Shown here one piece after another: positions 50,435 through 62,200 of a stretch of 64,000 bases of DNA. The notes under the pieces are model-generated. The model was not told the DNA's origin. It searched no databases and was given only the letters and a program-made list of their open reading frames with translations. A program made the position numbers and the translations under genes. The DNA comes from Hypanus sabinus (Eukaryota), in NCBI RefSeq assembly GCF_030144855.1, contig NW_026779008.1:744001-808000 (forward strand), read 5' to 3'. Each line of letters opens with the position of its first letter. Position 1 is the stretch's first letter.

Positions 50435-52225
50435 AAGTCTTGCTTCAGTGGTGGGCAAGTGGTTGGAGAAGATACGGGGAGGCAGGACTTCAAACATTTG
50501 GAGAGACATACTCCGATCACGGATCGTCAGCATGGCTTTGTTAAGGGCAGGTCATGCCTTCCGAACCGGATTGAATTCTTTGAAGATGCAACAAAGCACA
50601 GTGATGAAGGTAGAGCATTGGATGTAGTGGACGTGGCTTTCAGTAAGACTTTTGATAGGGTTCCTCAAGCAAAGCTCATAGAGAAATTAATGAGGCAAGG
50701 ATCCAAGGTGACCTTGCTTTGTGGATCCAGAATTGGCTTGCCCACAGAAGGCAAAGGGTGGATGTAGATGCTGTATGAAGGACGGTGACCAGTGCAGTTC
50801 AGCAGGGATCTTTTCCGGGACCCCTCCTCTTTGTAACTTTTACAAATGACCTTGATGAGGAAGTAGTGTATAAGATGATGAGAGGCATGACAGTGTGGAT
50901 AGTCAGAGGCTTTTACCCAGGTCGGAAATGGTTGCCACAAGAGGACACAGGTCTAAGGTGCTGGGGAGTAGGTACAGAGGAGTTGTCAGTCGTAAGTCTT
51001 TTACTCAGAGAGTGGTGAGTGAGTGGAATGGGCTGCTGGCAACGGTGGTGAAGGCAGATATGATAGTGTCTCTTAAGAGACTTTTGGATATGTACATGGA
51101 GCTTAGTAAAATAGAGGGCTAAGTGGGCCGAAGGGCCTGTATCGTACTGTAGGTTTCCTACGTTTCTAGAAGGGTGGGTTTGTAAGTTTGTCGATTACAC
51201 AAATGTTGGGGTTGTTGTGGATAGTCTGGAGGTTACAGCCAGACATCAATAGGATGCAGAACTGGGCTGGGAAGTGACAGATGGAGTTCAACCCAGTGGT
51301 TCCTTTCAGTAGGTGACATTTGAAGACAGAATACAACAATAATGTTAGGACTCTTGACAGGGTGGAGGATCAGTGAGATCTTGGGGTCCGTCTCAATCGT
51401 GCACACAAAGCTGCCGGGCAGGTTGACAGTGTTGTTAAGAAGGCCTTCATCAACAATGGGACCGAGGTTCAAATGCCAGAGGTAACTTTACAGATATAAG
51501 GCCTTAGTTAGACCTCACTTTTGGTACTCTGTTCAGTTCTGGTCCCTCAATACAGGAAGGATGTGGATACTACAGACAGAGGGCAGAGGAGATTTACAGA
51601 TACAAGGCCTTAGTTAGACCTCACTTTTGGTACTGTGTTCAGTTCTGGTCCCTCAATACAGGAAGGACATGGATACTATAGACAGTGCAGAGGAGATTTT
51701 CAGATATAAGGACTTAGTTAGACCTCACTTTTGCTGCTGTGTTCAGTTCTCGTCCCCTCAATACAGGAAGGACGTGGATACTATAGACAGAGGGCAGAGG
51801 AGATTTACAGATATAAGGACTGAGTTAGACCTCACCTTTGGTACTGTGTTCAGTTCTGGTCCCCTCAATACAGGAAGGACGTGGATACTATGGACAGAGT
51901 GCAGAGGAGATTTACAAGGATGTTGCATGGATTGGAGAATATGCCTCATGTGAATAGGTTGAGTGAACTTCGGAGCGAAGGAAGATGAGAGGTGACCTGA
52001 TAGAGGTGAATAAGATGATGAGGGGCATTGATCGTGTGGATAGCAAGAAGCTTTTTCCCAAGAGTGAAATGGCTGACATGGGTGGGGGGCATAGTTTTAT
52101 GGTGCTTGGAAGTAGGTACAAGGGTGATGTCAGAGGTATGTTTTTCACACAAAGGGTGGGTAGAATAGGAACTTTTCAGAGACTTTTAGATAGGTACATG
52201 GGCTATGTGGTAGGGAAATTGTAAT
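50435..52225 (+). mobile_element. CR1 LINE fragments
   Basis: QHGFVKGRSCL, FSKTFDRVP, MRGDLIEV. Confidence 0.85.
51490..51915 (+). repeat. ~106-bp tandem repeat (4 copies) of a CR1 ORF2 segment
   Basis: AAGG(C/A)CT(T/G)AGTTAGACCTCAC at ~51498, 51604, 51708 and 51815; encodes YKALVRPH...QRRFT. Confidence 0.9.
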
Positions 52226-52829
52226 TACACTGTGGATTTCTGTCTCTATATGAACTCCTCATCTTCTAACAAGGCACGGATCAGTTATCCTGGCTGACCA
52301 TTAAATTCTCTGTATTCCTGTCTGTACGAGGATGTTTCTGCGTTCAATCAACCTATGACTTGGCTCAATTTGTCTCTGTCCTTTGGGATTATTTCAAGTT
52401 CTGGCCATGCTCCACAACACTACCAAGATCACTTGTCACAACATATAGAATCCCAGAGATTACCTAATTACTCGGATCCCCACCCCAGCTGATTGATAGT
52501 GATGAATCCATTAATGTCAATGCCAGCAATCCTGAATGGGAGGGCAGCAGTTATTCTCATTGGAGTGTGGCACTTTTGTGATGTGAAAGCCACAAGTCAC
52601 TTGTCCTCGAGGACAAAGGGGTTACTTACCCAGAGGGAACTAAATCTGACGGAAGGATTTTTTTTTGCCATACAGCACTAATTGACAATTTAATTGATTG
52701 GAAGGCAGGCTTTTCATCCAAGATTAACTAGCAAACATATTTTTGTTCCGAATTACTAATCCTTGCATGTATACAGCTGGACCTCGGCAGAGTTTGAGAG
52801 AGACATTCGCTCTCATTTCCTCCGACTGT

Positions 52830-53212
52830 ACTGGGACAACGCTGGCAGAGTCACGCATGGCTGCCGCTTTACCCAGAAGGCCGCACGAACGAGAAACCGG
52901 TCTGTCAGCCACCGAACGTTCTCGCGATGCGCATGCGCCGCAGAAATGGCGGCGGCTCCAGCGCTCGTCAGCTCCCCGAGGCCCGGGTACGGTTCGTGGG
53001 GCTGAGGAAGAGGCACCGGACCGGGGCTGTCCTGGGATGCCGGACCAGTGCGGCAAGAGCTCAGAGTAATAGCCCTTCAATCGCGTTTCAGACACCGGAG
53101 ATTAATTCCCTCCCGGAGACCCTCCTACCTGCAGCCGGTCCTTGTGAGCCTCACGCCGACTGAGCGCATGCGCGATAGGTAGTACCGCCTCAGACCTCTG
53201 CGCATGCGCATT
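52830..53212. promoter_or_regulatory. CpG-island bidirectional promoter (copy 1), probable promoter/first exon of the zinc-finger gene
   Basis: NRF1 GCGCATGCGC at 52929, 53164 and 53200; YY1-like AAATGGCGGC; TCTCGCGA at 52920; minus-strand donor TGG|GTAAAG (52873); plus-strand donor CGG|GTACGG (~52987). Confidence 0.75.
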
Positions 53213-53214
53213 TG

Positions 53215-53470
53215 AGCAAACGAGAAAATCTGCAGATGCGGAAATCCAAAGCAAAAGAGGGGAAATGCTGGAGGAAATTCAAAGGGGCCGGCAGCAACTA
53301 TGGAGAGGAGAGAACAGTCGGCGTTTCAGACCGAGACCCTTCCTCAGGACTGGAAAGGAAGGGAGGGAGTAAGAATCTGGGGGAAGGTGAGGTGATAGGG
53401 TAAACAGGGAGACGGGGAGGAGTGAAGAGCTGAGAAGTTGATTGGTGAGAGTGATAAAGGGGTGGAGAAT
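53215..53470 (-). mobile_element. Penelope-like terminal fragment with a mutated hammerhead motif
   Basis: Minus strand CCAGTCCTGAGGAAGGGTCTCGGTCTGAAACGCCGACTG. Confidence 0.7.
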
Positions 53471-53716
53471 TATTATTATTAAATACTATTAATCCCGAGT
53501 GGGGAATTCTTTCGTTACAGCAGCAACATTTAAAAACATACTTAGCACTGTGCAGACTTTACTAAAAATAAAGATTTACAATATACACAATAATTATATA
53601 TTAAATAATAACGCAGAGACTATTGAACTACGATGTGTGTTCTCCTGTTGCAGTATATGAACGGTTGTATTCTGATTACATTTGGTGGGAAAGAGTTTCT
53701 GTAACAATCCTTGTGA

Positions 53717-54312
53717 TGTCGTGGTTTTTCGTGCCTCACAAGTGACCAGGAGACGCAGAAGATTCTTCAAGAAGGGTTAAACTTTAATTTGCAAATCAAA
53801 GCTGAGACAGTCATTGAGCTAGTCGCTGATTGCCCACCGATCCCCGGACACAGCATTTTTATATCAATCCCCTGGTCCAGTTTCACACGTACTAAACGTA
53901 CGTCCCATTGACCCAATCGTGTTCTAATCTACATCTCTTAGCTGCCTCTCGTTAACACACCATTGTCTTCTACATTCTTAAGATTTCATTCTCCTACTAA
54001 ATTGGGTACATGTATAGCAAATAGCAAACTCAGAACGGACCAATGTTCTAATCTACATCTCTTTAGCTACCTCTCATTAACACACCATTGTCTTCTGCAT
54101 TTTTAGGATACATGCATAGCAATTAGTCGTCCTAGGATTATGTGACTTAATTATGTTCGAATCTACATCTCTTTAGCTACTTCTCATTAACACACCATTG
54201 TCTTCTACATTCTTAAGATTTCATTCTACTAGGAGAATAGCAAATAGCAAGTTTCAAAACTGACTTCATAGTTTTGGTTACACAGCAAAATTTATACTTT
54301 TATACTCCAATA
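53717..54312 (-). mobile_element. solo LTR (596 bp, ERV-like) with 4-bp TSD GTGA, inserted in a Rex1-type 3' end
   Basis: GTGA on both sides; empty site restores QLRCHKDCYRNSF; three ~115-bp internal repeats; ATTAAA poly(A) signal. Confidence 0.85.
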
Positions 54313-54328
54313 GTGACATCGGAGCTGA

Positions 54329-54671
54329 GTACATGTACCCAATTTAGTAGGAGAATGAAATCTTAAGAATGTAGAAGACAATGGTGTGTTAATGAGAGGC
54401 GAGCGAAGAGATGTAGCTTAGAACATGATTAAATCAATGGGTAGAAACAATAGTGGTGGACGTACTTGTGATACGCAACTGTAGACCGATCGGATATGCT
54501 AATGCAACTAAACCAAGAGATTGCTATAAAAATGTTATGTACAAGGATCGGTGGGCAATCAGCGACTAGCTCAATGACTGTCTCAGCTTTGATTTGCAAA
54601 TTAAAGTTTAACCCTTCTTGAAGAATCTTCTGCGTCTCTTGGTCATTTCTGGGGCAGGAGAAACCACGACA
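54329..54671 (+). mobile_element. 5'-truncated LTR of the same family in the opposite orientation
   Basis: 54546-54637 is essentially the exact reverse complement of ~53748-53843; ends ...CCACGACA. Confidence 0.85.
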
Positions 54672-55514
54672 TCTCCTACCCTGACCTGCGGTCACTGTCA
54701 GACGGGTCAGCAGATGAAGTCTCTCCGGCTGTCTCCTACCCTGACCAGTCACTGTAAGACGGGTCAGCAGATGTAGTCTCTCCGGCTGTCTCCTACCCTG
54801 ACCTGCGGTCACTGTCAGACGGGTCAGCAGATGTGGTCTCTCCGGCTGTCTCCTACCCTGACCAGTCACTGTCAGACGGGTCAGCAGATGTAGTCTCTCC
54901 GGCTGTCTCCCACCCTGACCAGTCACTGTCAGACGGGTCAGCAGATGTAGTCTCTCCGGCTGTCTCCTACCCTGACTTGCAGTCACTGTCAGACGGGTCA
55001 GCAGATGTAGTCTCTCCGGCTGTCTCCTACCCTGACCAGTCACTGTCAGACGGGACAGCAGATGTAGTCTCTCCGGCTGTCTCCTACCCTGACCAGTCAC
55101 TGTCAGACGGGTCAGCAGATGTAGTCTCTCCGGCTGTCTCCTACCCTGACCAGTCACTGTCAGACGGGTCAGCAGATGTAGTCTCTCCGGCTGTCTCCTA
55201 CCCTGACCAGTCACTGTCAGACGGGACAGCAGATGTAGTCTCTCCGGCTGTCTCCTACCCTGACCAGTCACTGTCAGACGGGACAGCAGATGTAGTCTCT
55301 CCGGCTGTCTCCTACCCTGACCAGTCACTGTCAGACGGGTCAGCAGATGTAGTCTCTCCGGCTGTCTCCTACCCTGACCAGTCACTGTCAGACGGGTCAG
55401 CAGATGTTGTCTCTCCGGCTGTCTCCTACCCTGACCAGTCACTGTCAGACGGGACAGTAGATGTGGTCTCTCCGGCTGTCTCCTACCCTGACCAGTCACT
55501 GTCAGACGGGACAC
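54672..55514. repeat. 57-bp minisatellite (60-bp variants), ~14.5 copies
   Basis: Unit TCTCCTACCCTGACCAGTCACTGTCAGACGGGTCAGCAGATGTAGTCTCTCCGGCTG. Confidence 0.97.
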
Positions 55515-55679
55515 TCCAGGCTACTCACATTCTAAGATGGTGCTGCGCTTGTGACAGCTTGTTGCTGCAGCTCCTACGTTTCGCCTTTTTTTTTCTGTGT
55601 TCTGTGAGACATTCTGGATTACTGTGTGTCAGGAGTGGACAATCCCATGTGCTGGAGATTTTGGAAAGCATCTGTTGGA

Positions 55680-56685
55680 TAAGTCACCGGCACCCAATGG
55701 GATGTACCCCAGGACACTGTGGGAAGTGAGGGAGGAGATGGCTGAGCCTCCGGCGATGATCTTTGCATCATCAATGAGGACGGGAGAGGTTTCAGACGAT
55801 TGGAGGGATGCAGATGCTGTTCCCTTTTCCAAGAAAGAGAGTAGAGATCGCCCAGGAATGTCACAGCTTACAATGGGACATTGATCGGATGCAAAACTGG
55901 GCTGAGAAGAGGCAGATGGAGTTCAACCCAGAGAAGTGTGAGGTAGTTCATCTGGTAGGTCAAATATGATGGCAGAACGTAGAATCAATGGTAAGACTCT
56001 AGGCAGTGTGGAGGATCAGAGGGATCTTGGGATCCGGGTCCACGGGACACTCAAAGCTGCTACACAAGTTGAATTTGTGGTAAAGAAGGCACGTGGTGCA
56101 TGAGTTTAAGAGCTGAGAGGTAATGCTGCACCTATATATGACCCTGGTCAGACCTCACTCTGATTACTCTGCTCATTTCTGGTCGCCTCACTACAGGAAG
56201 GATGTGAAAACCATAGAAAGGGTGCAGAGGAGATTTACAAGGATGTTGCCTGGATTGGGGAGCATGCCTTATGAGAATCGGTTGAGTGAACCTGGCTTTT
56301 CTCCTTGGAGCGACGGAGGATGAGAGGTGACCTGATGGAGGTGTACAAGATAATGAGAGGCATTGATCATGTGGATAGTCAGAGGCTTTTCCCCAGGGCT
56401 GAACTGGCGAGCACGAGTGGAGGTATTCTGAAGGTGCTTGGAAGTAGATACGGAGGAGATGTCAGGGACCTGTGTTTTTTTACGCAGAGAGTGGTGAGTG
56501 CGTGGAATGGGCTGCCGGCGACCGTGGTGGAGGTGGAAACGGTAGGGTCTTTTCAGAGACTCCTGGACCGGTACATGGAGCTATGGGCAAGCCTAGGCAG
56601 TTCTACGATAAGGACATGTTGGGTTCAGCTTTGTGGGCCGGAGGGCCTGTGTTGTGCTGCAGATTCTCTTTGGTTCCGTGTTCTA
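55680..56685 (+). mobile_element. CR1 LINE fragment with internal deletion
   Basis: MYPRTLWEVREE, LVRPHSDY, RRMRGDLMEVYK, WNGLPA. Confidence 0.9.
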
Positions 56686-56714
56686 TCATCCACCTGTTGC
56701 TGTGAGCTTACTCC

Positions 56715-57450
56715 CACCGGAATGATGCTGGTGGCATTGTGAGAATCATAATTTTAAATCGCTCTAGTGCCTTCAGTGTAATCCATCCAGTCTTCTGAGC
56801 AAGAAATTGCAAAGAATGGGTGTACACAAATCCACTCTCTCCTGGATCACTGCCTTCCTGGCAGACAGACCCCAGTTTGTACCGCTGGGTGGTTCTGTGC
56901 CTGAGGTGGAGGTGAGTGTCACTGGAGCCCCACAAGGGACTGTCCTCTCCTTTTCTGTACACACTGTACTCCTCAGATTTTCAGTCCAACTCTGAGTCTG
57001 GCCAGTTGCAGAAGTTCTTTGATGACTCTGCAGTAGTTGGGTGCATCAGAGATGGGCAGGAGTCGGGGTACAGAGGACTGGTGGACAGGATTGTGGATAG
57101 TGAGGGAGGAATCACCTGCTCCTGAATGTGGCCGAAACCAGGGAAATGGTGATTGATTTTAGGGGGAAGAGGACAGTGATGAGTCCTGTACACATTCTGG
57201 GAGAAGAGGTCACTGTGGTGGAGGACAATTAGTTGGGTGTTCACCTCGGGTAAAGACATGACTGAAAAACCAACAGAAAGGTTGTTTTGAAGAAGGGGAT
57301 GAGTAGACTTTGTCTTCTATGAAGCCGAGATGCTTGAATGTGTGAGGCAGGTTGGTGCAGATCTTTTACCAGTCTGTTGTAGCGAGTGCAGTCTTCTTTG
57401 CTGCTTTCTGTTGGGGGAGCAGCATCGGTGCAAAATGACAAAATAAACTC
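56715..57450 (+). mobile_element. degenerate Rex1-type LINE RT fragment
   Basis: WITAFLADRPQFV, TGAPQGTVLS, LQKFFDDSAVVG. Confidence 0.8.
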
Positions 57451-57589
57451 ATCAGGAGACCTGGATCCATTCTTTGATAAACTTACCGATTATGGACAAT
57501 CTGTCATATCCTCTCCATCACCTACCCGACAGGCAGCAGATTCCCCATCCCTCTTTCTAACAGACTCACTCAACCCCGCCCTCTCAAGC

Positions 57590-59200
57590 ATAGTTACAGA
57601 AATTGTTTCTTACCAAATGCAAGAGTTCATCTTTCTGCGATAGGTGACCACACATCTTAGTTCAATAATCCCTGCATTATTATTTTATGCAATATTATTG
57701 CACATTGGTACAGTATTACTGTATATATTATTATTCTCTACATTCTTATTAGTAGAGTCTGCCACTGTTAAGTGTGTTTCTAAATGTTGCTGCTGTAACG
57801 GAATGAATTTCCCACTCAGGATCAATAAAATAGTATTATTCTCCAGCCCTTTATCTCTCTCACTCATTAACTTCTCAGCTCTTTACTCTCCCCGTCTCCC
57901 GGTTTACCCGATCACTTCATCTCCCCCCACATTCTGACTCCCTCCCTTCCTTTCCAGCCCTGAAGAAGGGTGTGGGTCTGAAACGCCGACTGTTCTCTCC
58001 TCTCCATAGTTGCTTTCTGCCCCCCTGAGTTCCTCCAGGTGTTGCTTTGGATTTCCGCGTCTGCAGATTTTTTATCCTGTTTAAACCAATGCGCATGCGT
58101 GGACGGCACAGCCCGTCGTGAACATTGCGCATGCGCTCAGCAGACGACAGGCTCTCGGGGATCGGACGCAGGTAGGAGCGGGGCCGCGGGTGGGAGCTTA
58201 ATCACCGGCGTCTGAACCGCGATTAAAGGAAAATTACTATGAGCTCTGTCCACACTGGTCCCGCACCTCAGGACAGTCCCAGTCCTTTCCGTCTCTCTCA
58301 GCCCCACGATTTACCCGAGCCGCGGGTAGTTTCCGGCGGTTGAGAGCTGGCAGCGCCGCCATTTCTCCGGCGCATGCGCATCGCTGGGTCCTTGGATGGC
58401 GGATGGACAGGTTTCTACGCCGTGGTGTCTTCTGGGTAAGGAGGCAGCCATGGTTGACACGCCAACGTTGTCCCCAAAGAGAATGTCCCTAACGCAGCGA
58501 CCTCCAGCCATGCAAATCCGAGGATAACTACCTCGGAACAAAAATATAGTGTCCAGTTACTCTCAGATAAAGAGTCTACCTTCCAGTCAGTGAAAATGTC
58601 AATTAGTACTGTATAGCATTAAAAAATCCCCCGGTCAGCTTTAGTTCTTTCTGGGTAAATAACGATATGAAGCACCTTTGTCCTCGATGACGGGTGACTT
58701 GTAGCTTTCACATCACAAAAGTGCCACACTCCAATGAGAATCCCTTCATAGTCATAGGCATTGCCATCGATGGGTTCATCACTGTCACTCAGCTGGGGGG
58801 ATTTGATCCCAGTAATTAGAAAACCTCCAGGATCAGACATGTAGTAACAAGTTCACTTTGTCGTGTTGTGGAACATGACCTGAACTTGAAATAACACCAA
58901 AGGACGGAGACAGACTGAGCCAAGTCACAGGTTGATAGAAGGCAGAAGTAGTGCCCTTTCTCATACAGACAGGAATGCAGTCAGCGATGTTGTTGGTTAG
59001 TCAGGATGCTTGATCCATGCCTTGTTAGAAGAGGAGTATTTCATATAAAAACATAGAAACAGGAGTCTGCAATTCATTATAGGCACTTCGGATGACGACC
59101 TCATGCAGAGCATATAACCGAATCGAGAAGCTGCCGAGAGTTTCAATGCCAAATATCCCTCTATTATTCCCAGCTCCACATACCTACCGAACAGAGTCTG
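57590..59200 (-). repeat. right arm of the inverted duplication (Rex1 tail, Penelope fragment, promoter copy 2, CR1 3' end)
   Basis: Same order of modules as 52170-53715 in reverse complement. Confidence 0.9.
58085..58480. promoter_or_regulatory. CpG-island bidirectional promoter (copy 2)
   Basis: NRF1 motifs at 58091, 58127 and 58370; GCCGCCATTT (YY1-like); plus-strand donor TGG|GTAAGG (58435); minus-strand donor CGG|GTAAAT (~58314). Confidence 0.75.
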
Positions 59201-62200
59201 AAAAGACACTGATTGTATCCACCTTTACCACCGTCGCTGGCAGTGCATTCCACGTACTTACCGAACAGTGTCTGAAAAGACCCTGATTGTATCCACCTTT
59301 ACCAACGTCGCTGGCAGTGCATTCCACGTACCTGCCGAACAGTGTCTGAAAAGACCCTGATTGTATCCACCTTTACCACCGTCGCTGGCAGTGCATTCCA
59401 CGTACCTACCGAACAGTATCTGAAAAGACCCTGATTGTACCCACCTTTACCACCGTCGCTGGTAGTGCATTCCATGTACCTACCGAACTGTGTCTGAAAA
59501 GACCCTGATTGTACCCACCTTTACCACCGTCGCTGGCAGTGCATTCCAAGTACCTACCGAACTGTGTCTGAAAAGACCCTGATTGTACCCACCTTTACCA
59601 CCGTCGCTGGCAGTGCATTCCACGTACCTACCGAACAGTGTCTGAAAAGACCCTGATTGTACCCACCTTTACCACCGTCGCTGGCAGTCCACTCATGTAC
59701 CTTCCGAACAGTGTCTGAAAAGTCGCTGATTGTATCCACCTTTACCACCGTCGCTGGCAGTGTATTCCTCGTACCTACCGAACTGTGTCTGAAAAGACCC
59801 TGATTGTACCCGCCTTTACCACCGTCGCTGGCAGTGCATTCCAGGTACCTACCGAACTGTGTCTGAAAAGACCTTGATTGTACCCAGCTTTACCACCGTC
59901 GCTGGCAGTGCATTCCACGTCCCTACCAAACTGTGTCTGAAAAGACCCTGATTGTATCCACCTTTACCACCGTCGCTGGCAGTGCATTCCAAGTACCTAC
60001 CGAACAGTGTCTGAAAAGACCCTGATTTTACCCACCTTTACCACCGTCGCTGGCAGTGCACTCATGTACCTTCCAAACAGTGTCTGAAAAGACCCGGATT
60101 GTACCCACCTTTACCACCGTCGCTGGCAGTGTATTCCACGTACCTACCGAACAGTGTCTGAAAAGACTCTGATTGTATCCACCTTTACCACCATCGCTGT
60201 CAGTGCATTCCACGTACCTACCGAACAGTGTCTAAAAAGTCCCTGATTGTATCCGCCTTTACCACCGTCGCTGGCAGTGCATTCTACGTACCTACCGAAC
60301 AGTGTCTGAAAAGACCCTGATTATACCCACCTTTACCACCGTCGCTGTCAGTGCATTCCACGTACCTACCGAACAGTGTCTGAAAAGACCCTGATTGTAC
60401 CCACCTTTACCACCGTCGCTGGCAGTCCACTCATGTACCTTCCAAACAGTGTCTGAAAAGACCCTGATTGTACCCACCTTTACCACCGTCGCTGGCAGTG
60501 CATTCCACGTACTTACCGAACAGTGTCTGAAAAGACCCTGATTGTACCCACCTTTACCACCTTCGCTGGCAGTGCATTCCACGTACCTATCGAACAGTGT
60601 CTGAAAATACCCCGATTGTATCCACCTTTACCACCGTCGCTGGCAGTGCAGTCCACGTACCTACCGAACAGTGTCTGAAAAGACCCTGATTGTATCCACC
60701 TTTACCACCGTCGCTGGCAGTGCATTCCACGTACCTACCGAACAGTGTCTGAAAAGACCCTGATTGTATCCACCTTTACCACCGTCGCTGGCAGTGCATT
60801 CCATGTACCTACCGAACTGGGTCTGAAAAGACCCTGATTGTACCCACCTTTACCACCGTCGCTGGCAGTGCATTCCAAGTACCTACCGAACTGTGTCTGA
60901 AAAGACCCTGATTGTACCCACCTTTACCACCGTCGCTGGCAGTGCATTCCACGTACCTACCGAACAGTGTCTGAAAAGACCCTGATTGTACCCACCTTTA
61001 CCACCGTCGCTGGCAGTGCATTCCATGTACCTACCGAACAGTGTCTGAAAAGACTCTGATTGTATCCACCTTTACCACCGTCGCTGGCAGTGCATTCCGT
61101 GTACCTACCTAACAGATTCTGAAAAGACCCTGATTGTACCCGCCTTTACCACCGTCGCTGGCAGTGCATTCCAAGTACCTACTGAACTGTGTCTGAAAAG
61201 ACCCTGATTGTACCCACCTTTACCACCGTCACTGGCAGTGCATTCCACGTACCTAACGAACAGTGTCTGAAAAGACCATGATTGTACCCACCTGTACCAC
61301 CGTCACTGGCAGTGCATTCCACGTACCTACCTAACAGTGTCTGAAAAGACCCTGATTGTATCCACCTTTACCACTGTCGCTGGCAGTGCATTCCACGTAC
61401 CTACCGAACAGTGTCTGAAAAGACCCGGATTGTACCCACCTTTACCACCGTCGCTGGCAGTGCATTCCACGTACCTACCGAACAGTGTCTGAAAAGACCC
61501 TGATCGTATCAACCTTTACCACCGTCGCTGGCAGTGCATTCCACGTACCTACCGAACAGTGTCTGAAAAGACTCTGATTGTATCCACCTTTACCACCGTC
61601 GCTGGCAGTGCATTCTGTTTACCTACCTAACAGATTCTGAAAAGACGCTGATTGTACCCGCCTTTACCACCGTCGCTGGCAGTGCATTCCACGTACCTAC
61701 CGAACAGTGTCTGAAAAGACCCTGATTGTACCCACCTTTACCACCGTCGCTGGCAGTGCATTCCATGTACCTACCGAACAGTGTCTGAAAAGACTCTGAT
61801 TGCATCCACCTTTACCACCGTCGCTGGCAGTGCATTCCGTGTACCTACCTAACAGATTCTGAAAAGACCCTGATTGTACCCGCCTTTACCACCGTCGCTG
61901 GCAGTGCATTCCATGTACCTACCGAACAGTGTCTGAAAAGACTCTGATTGCATCCACCTTTACCACCGTCGCTGGCAGTGCATTCCGTGTACCTACCTAA
62001 CAGATTCTGAAAAGACCCTGATTGTACCCGCCTTTACCACCGTCGCTGGCAGTGCATTCCAAGTACCTACTGAACTGTGTCTGAAAAGACCCTGATTGTA
62101 CCCACCTTTACCACCGTCACTGGCAGTGCAGTCCACGTACCTACCGAACAGTGTCTGAAAAGACCCTGATTGTATCAACCTTTACCACCATCGCTGGCAG

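Larger units (their letters stand above)
52170..53715 (+). repeat. left arm of a ~1.5 kb inverted duplication
   Basis: Collinear reverse-complement matches to 57590-59200, e.g. TTGGAGTGTGGCACTTTTGTGATGTGAAAGC and CTTCTAACAAGGCA. Confidence 0.9.
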
